A stretch of DNA of 63,277 nucleotides, the filler included, from Octopus bimaculoides (Eukaryota), in NCBI RefSeq assembly GCF_001194135.2. It is 6 parts of 6 records of this genome, joined end to end, with 100 filler letters (N's around TTAATTAATTAA, not from the genome) between each part and the next. Parts side by side here need not be neighbours in the genome. Positions count along the whole stretch, not along the records: positions 58,309 to 63,277 come from NC_068989.1; 5 more parts are not named here. One strand, given 5' to 3'. The notes beneath the pieces are model-generated. The model had not been told where the DNA came from and searched no databases. It worked only from the letters and a program-made list of their open reading frames with translations. Numbering within the stretch: the first letter of the stretch is position 1; each line of letters begins with the position of its first letter. Made by a program: the position numbers and the translations under genes. Below, one piece after another: positions 62,171 to 63,277 of this stretch.

Positions 62171-62324
62171 ATTCTGTCCCGCACGTTATAAACTCAGTTA
62201 TGGAACACACACACACCGATGTAAAAGTATTCATTACCATCAAATGTAACTTTACATCTATATATTACATTTCTAGTCTTACACTTTTAGTCTTATACAA
62301 AATTTAGCTTGTTTCAGACATTAG

Positions 62325-62486
62325 ACAGTGCCCATGCTGGGGCACCGCTTTGAAGAATCGTTAGTTAAATGAATCGTCCCCATTACTATTTTTTAAAGCC
62401 TGGTATTTGTTCTATCTGTCTCTTTTTGTCGAACCACAACGTTACGGGGACGTAAACACAATAACACCGGTGTTAGACGGTGGTGG

Positions 62487-62536
<50 letters not shown>

Positions 62537-62690
62537 TGAGCTTGTTTCAGTTTCTATCGACCAAATCCACTTATAAAGCTTTGATCAGCGCGAGGCTATA
62601 ACAGAAGACACTTGCTGAAGGTGCCATGCAGTGGGGCAGAACTCGGAACCATTTGGTTGGGTAGTAAGCTTCTTATCATACAGCCACACC
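62325..62690 (-). mobile_element. SINE family A, complete, with internal (CA)n
   Basis: Reverse complement of the 26515-26908 layout. Confidence 0.9.
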
Positions 62691-63206
62691 TAATGCACTT
62701 GTGTATGCGCATATACATACATACACACACAACTAAGCATGCATACATACATAGGTACATAAATACATAGATACATACATATATACATGCATGCATGCAT
62801 ACATACATACGCACACACATATATGTGTGCGCGTGTGTATAAATATAAATGCATGCATACATAAGGAACGGGATTTTTCTGTCAAACTCGTTTCCTGTTT
62901 ATGTGACCAGCACAAAAAAAAACGTATTGTTTAATTTGGAAAATATAATGAAAACAATCTGATTGACATTCATGAGACCCATTGGGAAGTTATTACTCAA
63001 CCTAAATCTACAATTGTATTTAAACAGCTATATATGCGAGACAGTAAAATATCATTGTTAATAAGCGTTGGACAAAGGATTGCATTTTGTCACACGCACT
63101 CGTCGTGACAGTGATTACGAAATGACAGTTGCTTGTTGAACGTGTGTGTGTGTGTTTGTGCGCGCGCGCATGTATGTATGTATGTGTGCGCGCGCGTGTA
63201 TCTCTC

Positions 63207-63277
63207 TATGGCTGTATGGTAAGTAGCTTGCTTACCAGTCACATGGTTCTGGGTTCAGTCACACTGTGTGGCACCTT
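63207..63277 (+). mobile_element. SINE family A head, cut by the window end
   Basis: tggctgtatggtaagtagcttgcttacc...ggttcagtcacactg.gtggcacctt. Confidence 0.88.

Overview
AT-rich (roughly 35% GC by eye), gap-ridden, microsatellite-rich animal genomic DNA. The SINE families, simple repeats and assembly style point to an octopod genome, probably Octopus bimaculoides (inference). There is no long intact ORF, and nearly all ORF-track entries are microsatellite, N-gap or antisense artefacts. Most of the window is decayed transposable elements: RTE, R4/Dong-type and Jockey/CR1/L2-group LINEs; two Penelope-like elements plus several pLTR-like remnants; MULE, mariner, Chapaev-like and possibly Merlin DNA transposons; MITEs; a mini-Helitron; and about 30 tRNA-derived SINE copies from three families. 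Short islands with splice signals suggest host-gene exons. The best-supported set is a phase-compatible four-exon chain on + (35213-41028) that reads like a divergent CUB domain. The other main leads are hammerhead-like motifs with a shared non-canonical core in a pLTR-like repeat family, a mariner split by an inversion, two palindromic MITEs, and a CpG-depletion boundary at about 11.3 kb. All gene models and family assignments are from hand translation and motif recall; no searches were run. Repeat boundaries are approximate unless TSDs are quoted.
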